Assembly: GCA_963921275.4 (NCBI GenBank)
Contig: OZ001293.3
Span: 4,544,001 to 4,608,000, forward strand
Length of the DNA: 64,000 nucleotides
Reading direction: 5' to 3'
DNA from: an uncultured Hormoscilla sp.
GTDB taxonomy: Bacteria; Cyanobacteriota; Cyanobacteriia; Cyanobacteriales; Desertifilaceae
Part shown: positions 58,501 to 64,000 of the stretch, piece after piece
Numbering within the stretch: the stretch's first letter is position 1
Layout of the letters: each line of letters starts with the position of its first letter
The notes under the pieces: generated by a model
What the model saw: only the letters and a program-made list of their open reading frames with translations
Databases searched by the model: none
Told to the model about the DNA's origin: nothing
Made by a program: the position numbers and the translations under genes

Positions 58501-59707
58501 CATCGGTGACTTTAATGGGGACAATCATGATGATATCCTCCGTCAAGAAAAGGGCAGTTGGTCCAAGGACGATGCCGTAAGGACTGCTGACGTCCTCTTA
58601 TCCCAAGGTAACGGCAACTTTACCCGCACCACCCTTCCTGATAGTTTCGCTCTCAATGGCAACTTTACCAATTTGTATGTCGGTGACTTTAATGGAGACG
58701 AAAAAAGCGATATCCTCCGTCAAGAAAAGGGCAGTTGGTCCAAGGACGATGCCGTAAGGACTGCTGACGTCCTCTTATCCCAAGGTAACGGCAACTTTAC
58801 CCGCACCACCCTTCCTGATAGTTTCGCTCTCAATGGCAACTTTACCAATTTGTATGTCGGTGACTTTAATGGAGACGGGAAAAGCGATATCCTCCGTCAA
58901 GAAAAGGGCGATTGGGATAACGATGCCATTCGGACTGCTGAAGTCCTCTTATCCCAAGGTAACGGCAACTTTACCCGCACCACCCTTCCTGATAGTTTCG
59001 AGCTCAAGGGCGACTTGACCAAGTTGTATATAGAAGATTTGGATGGTGATGACCGAGATGAGATTCTGGTTCAAAAAAAATTGACCCAAGAGGGTCTGTC
59101 CCGCCTCCTGAAGGTATTGTCCTCAAATGATGGGCGCAATTTTACCGAATCTCTGCTCCCTTCTGCGCTTCAGTTTTCCAGTCAAAGCGGGCAACTGTAT
59201 ATTGCCGATTACTCCGGCAGTGGGCAAAACAATGATGTTCTGGTTCAGCGTTCTGGAAATAACCAAGCGCTGCTAGGCAGCATTACCCTGGGGAGCAATG
59301 ACTACCTTCAAGGGGGAACAGGAAACGATTCCCTCAATGGGGGTAACGGAAACGACTGGATTCGCGGATACGGGGGCGACGATACCCTTTTAGGGGGCAG
59401 CGATAACGATACTCTCTATGGCGACGAGGGAGAGGATATTCTCAATGAGGGTAAGGGGCACGACATGCTTTACGGCAATTCCGGTAGTGATACTTTTGTC
59501 TTGGCCCGGGGCATGGGCGGGGATACCATCCAGGACTTTTCAGATGGTACGGACTTTATCCGGTTAGAAGGAGGTTTGAGTTTTGCTGATTTAGGAATTG
59601 ATTCTCAGAACGATTCGACTTCTATTAAGGTCAGTGCTTCTGGGGAACTGTTGGGGATTTTGTCGGGGGTTGATTCTAGTCTTATTGGTGCTTCTGATTT
59701 TGTTTAG
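55589..59707 (+). CDS. Secreted DUF4347 - LRR - Ig (He_PIG-like) - LRR - Ig - FG-GAP/VCBS - RTX protein
   Basis: LHLLSHGSPG/LLLYGCNVA, 24-aa LRRs (NQLTGSIPTELGNLSNL), GLPNGLTINSTTGVISGTPT, GDFNGD repeats, GGxGxD repeats. Confidence 0.93.
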   Translation: MVVVDASLENYQQLIDGIRPGAKSFFLDLRSDGIEQIGELLRQHQETEVLHLLSHGSPGCLYLGNSQLSLDTLGDYASTLQKWKVKQLLLYGCNVAAGDAGEELMTKLQALTGASLAASTTRTGAAARGGNWRLEWRTPGMKTPLALSAEAQMAYGGILISQQEYQALRALYQSTNGASWSNNTGWQDWNFNSPTPPNDSVVNGWHGVTVASSRVINLELNFNQLTGSIPTELGNLSNLESLLLSFNQLTGSIPTELGNLSNLQFLQLFSNQLTGSIPTELGNLSNLENLRLYSNQLTGSIPTELGNLSNLQFLQLFSNQLTGSIPTELGNLSNLVSLVLFSNQLTGSIPTELGNLSNLVSLVLFSNQLTGSIPTELGNLSNFIWLRLDSNELTGSIPTELGNLSNLRSLQLFFNQLTGSISQEVLDLSAEKRLENPPYVLTEIPYVQLLLGNNLNINISADFRDINNNISSYGANGLPNGLTINSTTGVISGTPTTEGSFTVTVTATDRAGGRGEDEFNITVSIPLNASDYDALRALYNSTSGNNWRKRTGWDVSSPTPPSASVVNSWHGVTVVGDRVTKLSLFNNSLSGTLPSELGSLSNLQVLSLNFSSLSGTLPSELGSLSNLQELWLDRNSLSGTLPSELGSLSNLRKLYLHRNSLSGTLPSELGSLSNLQELSLHRNSLSGTLPSTLGSLSNLQELSLHRNSLSGTLPSTLGSLSNLQNLYLDRNSLSGTLPSELGSLSNLQDLYLFNNSLSGTLPSELGSFSNLQELYLNNNDFRGTIPDSINALSASKRLENPPYVEIQIPDVNALSGEKFNFKVGGNFGDLNNNISSYGANGLPDGLTINSTTGVISGIPTIPTIDGSFTVTVTATDGVGYRGEDEFNITVSRPTSFNLSDSFALNGNFTNLYIGDFNGDNHDDILRQEKGSWSNEDAYRTAEVLLSQGNGNFTRTTLPDSRSLNGNFINLYIGDFNGDNHDDILRQEKGSWSKDDAVRTADVLLSQGNGNFTRTTLPDSFALNGNFTNLYVGDFNGDEKSDILRQEKGSWSKDDAVRTADVLLSQGNGNFTRTTLPDSFALNGNFTNLYVGDFNGDGKSDILRQEKGDWDNDAIRTAEVLLSQGNGNFTRTTLPDSFELKGDLTKLYIEDLDGDDRDEILVQKKLTQEGLSRLLKVLSSNDGRNFTESLLPSALQFSSQSGQLYIADYSGSGQNNDVLVQRSGNNQALLGSITLGSNDYLQGGTGNDSLNGGNGNDWIRGYGGDDTLLGGSDNDTLYGDEGEDILNEGKGHDMLYGNSGSDTFVLARGMGGDTIQDFSDGTDFIRLEGGLSFADLGIDSQNDSTSIKVSASGELLGILSGVDSSLIGASDFV

Positions 59708-59977
59708 TTACGGTAAGGCTGTTGTTTTCCCTGGGGGGCCTTTGACTGCTATTGGGGTGTGGTCTTGCGCCCGTTGGTAGGAGACAGTAGCCGGGCCAGT
59801 GAAGGGCCGGGTCTGTCCTATGGTAAAGCAGGAAATGTTACCAATGTCGCCGGTAACCAACACTTGAGTTATAATAAACAAACGTGCCACTCGTTCCGGC
59901 GTAAGTCAGAAATATGACGATAGTCGGGCTAGTATTACACCAGCACCTCTACAGAAAAATACAAGAGAAACCAAAAA

Positions 59978-62900
59978 ATGAAGCATAATACCAATGCCAA
60001 CACCATGGTAGTAGTGGATGCTTCCCTAGAAAACTACCAGCAGCTTATAGACGGCATCCGGCCTGGGGCCAAATCTTTCCTCTTAGACCTTCGGTCCGAT
60101 GGCATCAAACAGATCGGCGAACTTCTCCGACAGCATAAAGAAACAGAGGTTCTGCACCTACTCTCCCATGGCAGCCCTGGCTGTCTGTATCTGGGAAACT
60201 CCCAACTGAGTTTGGATGGGGTCGAGCCGGGAATCGCTTCCCGACCCTCCCTTTCGGAACCGGACTTGCGATTTTCACCGCATCCGGCTACTGGGTACTA
60301 GGCCCTTTTCATAGGTAGACTTAATAGGAATTACTTCCGTTAGCCCTTGCCGCCTGTCTTTTCTTCCCTTTCCTGGTTTAGCGAGTGGTTGTTCTGATAA
60401 CCGTTAGTATCACCATTTTCAAGTCAGTTTTACCAGTTATCCATACCTTATCCTCCACTTGCGTTTCGGATTAGTTCCGTGGCTTTTTAGGATTACTCAT
60501 TCCAGCAGCTTCCTAGTATCACCGACCCACGTCAGCGCTGGCTACCCAGCATCATCTACATTACTGTAGATGTTATCCCAGGAATTACCCCGGGCATTCG
60601 CTTCTTGGGCCATCCCTCCCCCCGTGGCTTGCGCTTAACATCTAACTTGTCCTGATGGACAGCACACGAGAGGTTACTTCGTTCCCTAACAACATTTCGC
60701 GATACCTTTAGGTCCACACTATACCCCGGGAGCTATTTGAGTACTATATTAGCCAGAGTCTAAAACTAATACTAGCTACCATTTCCTTTTTAGGCCAGCG
60801 CATATAGCCTTATTTCGCTGGTTCCTTATAACGAGGCTTGCACATGTTTGCCTGCTCTAACCTTGGATATCTTTCCTAGCGGCGTCACCGGCTTAGGCTG
60901 CCAGTTATCCTACATTTGAGTCCTCGCTTAGCACCACGATGATGTCGCTTCGTAGCACCGAGGACCGGTGTCACCCCCGTACCTGGGGGGAGGGGAATTT
61001 AACCCCCATGCGGTCAGAGTTCCCGGCTAATGAAACCGGGCTAGCGTTCCGTGTTTGACCACGTTAGGCTAGAACGAATCGCACAGATCCTCTAGGAGAT
61101 TACGCCTCTACCCTACAGAAGTGGAAGGTAAAACAACTCCTACTCTACGGCTGTAACGTCGCCGCCGGAGATGCAGGAGAGGAGTTGATGACTAAGCTAC
61201 AGGCCCTAACCGGGGCATCCCTCGCCGCCTCTACTACCCGGACAGGGGCAGCAGCCCGGGGCGGAAATTGGAAGTTGGAGTGGCGAACTCCGGGGATGAA
61301 AACTCCCTTAGCATTGTCCGCAGAAGCTCAGATGGCCTATGGGGGCATATTGATCTCCCAGCAGGAGTATCAGGCCTTAAGGGCTCTATACCAAAGCACC
61401 AATGGGGCTTCTTGGAGTAACAATACAGGCTGGCGAGACTGGAATTTCAACAGCCCAACTCCCCCCAATGATTCTGTTGTTAATGGTTGGTATGGAGTGA
61501 CGGTAGCTAACTCCCAGGTGACTCGCCTCCGGCTGTTCTCCAACCAACTGACTGGCAGCATCCCGACGGAGTTAGGGAATCTTTCCAAATTGGCGGCGCT
61601 CTTGCTGAACTCCAACCAACTGACTGGCAGCATCCCGACGGAGTTAGGGAATCTTTCCAATTTGCAGTTCCTCGAGCTGGACAGAAACCAACTGACTGGC
61701 AGCATCCCGACGGAGTTAGGGAATCTTTCTACTTTGCGACGTCTCTGGCTGGACTCCAACCAACTGACTGGCAGCATCCCGACGGAGTTAGGGAATCTTT
61801 CCAATTTGACAACTCTCCTTCTGAACTCCAACCAACTGACTGGCAGCATCCCGACGGAGTTAGGGAATCTTTCTAAATTGGCGGCGCTCTTGCTGAACTC
61901 CAACCAACTGACTGGCAGCATCCCGACGGAGTTAGGGAATTTTTCCAATTTGCAGTTCCTCGAGCTGGACAGAAACCAACTGACTGGCAGCATCCCGACG
62001 GAGTTAGGGAATCTTTCCAATTTGGTGCAGCTCTTTCTGTACTCCAACCAACTGACTGGCAGCATCCCGACGGAGTTAGGGAATCTTTCCAATTTGGTGC
62101 TGCTCTGGCTGTACTCCAACCAACTGACTGGCAGCATCCCGACGGAGTTAGGGAATCTTTCCAATTTGCAGTTTCTCTACCTGTCCGGCAACCAACTGAC
62201 TGGCAGCATCCCGACTGAATTAGGGAATCTTTCCAATTTGAAGAATCTCCGGCTGGGCTCCAACCAACTGACTGGCAGCATCCCGACGGAGTTAGGGAAT
62301 CTTTCTAATTTGCGACTTCTCTTGCTGTACTCCAACCAACTGACTGGCAGCATCCCGACGGAGTTAGAGAATCTTTCCTATTTGTGGGCGCTCTACCTGA
62401 ACAACAACCTCCTGACTGGCAGCATCCCCCAAGAGGTTCTAGATTTGAGGGGCTTAGTCTTAAAGCGATTGGAAAACCCCCCTTATGTTTTAACCGAGAT
62501 TTCGACGTCCAACTCTTGCTAGGTAATAATCTCAACATAGACATTAGCGCAAATTTCGGCGACATCAATAACAACATCAACAACTACACAGCTACCGGTT
62601 TACCAGGGGGCGTAACCATCAACAGTCGGGGAGTTATCAGCGGTACTCCTACTACCGCAGACACCTTTACCGTGACGGTAACAGCAACGGATAGGGCGGG
62701 ATACCGGGGAGAGGATGAATTTAATATTACGGTATTGACTCGTAATCCTCTCAATGCTAATGATTATGCAGCCCTTCTGACTCTCTATAACAGTACTTCT
62801 GGGGAGAATTGGGCGAACAGGACAGGCTGGGATGTCAGCAGCCGGACTCCCCTCTCTGCCGATGTTGTTAATGGCTGGCATGGGGTGACGGTAGTGGGAA

Positions 62901-63994
62901 ATCGGGTGACAGGACTCAACCTGGACAGAAACTCCCTGAGCGGTACGATCCCGTTCGAGTTAGGTTCCCTCAGCAATTTGCGATACCTCTGGCTGGGCTC
63001 CAACTCCCTGAGCGGTACGATCCCCTCTGAGTTAGGCTCCCTCAGCAATTTGCAACGTCTCTCCCTGCACCACAACAACTCCCTGAGCGGTACGATCCCC
63101 TCGGAGTTAGGCTCCCTCAGCAATTTGCAAGAACTCTCCGTGAACAACAACCGACTGAGCGGTACGCTCCCTTCAGGGTTAGGCTCCCTCAGCAATTTGC
63201 AAAGCCTTATTCTGTCCTCCAACAACCTGAGCGGTACGATCCCCTCGGAGTTAGGCTCCCTCAGCAATTTGTCAGGCCTCTTCCTGCACAACAACTCCCT
63301 GATCGGTACGATCCCCTCGGAGTTAGGCTCCCTCAGCAATTTGCAACACCTCTACCTGTACAACAACGACTTTCGCGGTACGATCCCCGACAGTATCAAC
63401 GCTTTGTCAGCAGACAAACAATTGGAAAACCCTCCCTATGTGGAAACTCAAATTCCCGACGTCAATGCCTTCAGGAGTGAGAACTTCAACTTCAATGTCA
63501 GCCGGAACTTCGGCGACCTCAACAACAACATTAATAGCTACGGCGCTAATGGTTTGCCAAACGGTTTAACCATTAACTCCACTACTGGGGTGATCAGCGG
63601 CACTCCTACTACTGATGGCAGTTTTACCGTGACGGTAACAGCAACGGATAGGGCGGGAGGCCGGGGAGAGGATGAATTTAATATTACAGTATCGCGTCCC
63701 ACTAGCTTCACCCTTTCTGATAGTTTCGCTCTCAATGGCAACTTTACCAATTTGTACATCGGTGACTTTAATGGGGACAATTATGATGATATCCTCCGTC
63801 AAGAAAAGGGCAGTTGGTCCAACGACGATGCCTATCGGACTGCTGAAGTCCTCTTATCCCAAGGTAACGGCAACTTTACCCGCACCACCCTTCCTGATAG
63901 TTTCGCTCTCAATGGCAACTTTACCAATTTGTATGTCGGTGACTTTAATGGGGACAATCATGAATTATTTCACCCCAGTCTGAACCCACCATGA
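59978..63994 (+). pseudogene. Tandem paralog of the DUF4347-LRR gene, interrupted by an antisense intron, a frameshift near 62502 and truncation near 63962
   Basis: ORFs 59978, 61185 and 62384 tile paralog 1. Confidence 0.9.
60214..61084 (-). ncRNA. ORF-less group II intron D, antisense within the DUF4347 domain
   Basis: 5' GTGCGATTCGTT at 61084; DV (rc) AGCCGGATGCGGTGAAAATCGCAAGTCCGGTTC; flanks GAGTTT|AGAT match uninterrupted paralog 1. Confidence 0.92.
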
Positions 63995-64000
63995 TCTTAG

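Noticed and set aside
56104..63339. Long minus-strand ORFs over the LRR arrays
   Set aside because: Antisense shadows of the repeated coding sequence
56230..63390. Diversity-generating retroelement acting on the LRRs
   Set aside because: No RT or template/variable repeat pair seen; scaffold adenines are invariant and changes are not adenine-specific

Overview
Cyanobacterial chromosome segment (abundant HIP1 GCGATCGC, heptamer STRRs, pcyA, pdhB-secD-secF). Intact housekeeping genes sit among many pseudogenes, IS remnants and tiny hairpin repeats, a pattern suggesting a decaying, possibly host-associated filamentous cyanobacterium (inference). The most striking content is a family of ORF-less group II introns: six full-length copies and one 3' fragment, with no reverse transcriptase gene in the window. 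They include two intron-in-intron twintrons at the same target site, one chimeric and further interrupted by an IS982 in its EBS1 stem. EBS1 loops differ between intron types and mostly match their own insertion sites, and all copies share a conserved structured motif just before domain V. The right end holds tandem TPR-glycosyltransferase genes and tandem DUF4347-LRR-Ig-FG-GAP(-RTX) genes. The LRR arrays have nearly nucleotide-invariant scaffolds with variation concentrated at the exposed xxLxLxx positions. Several families of 20-60 bp mobile hairpin repeats insert into genes, HIP1 sites, introns and each other. All calls are by eye; no searches were run.
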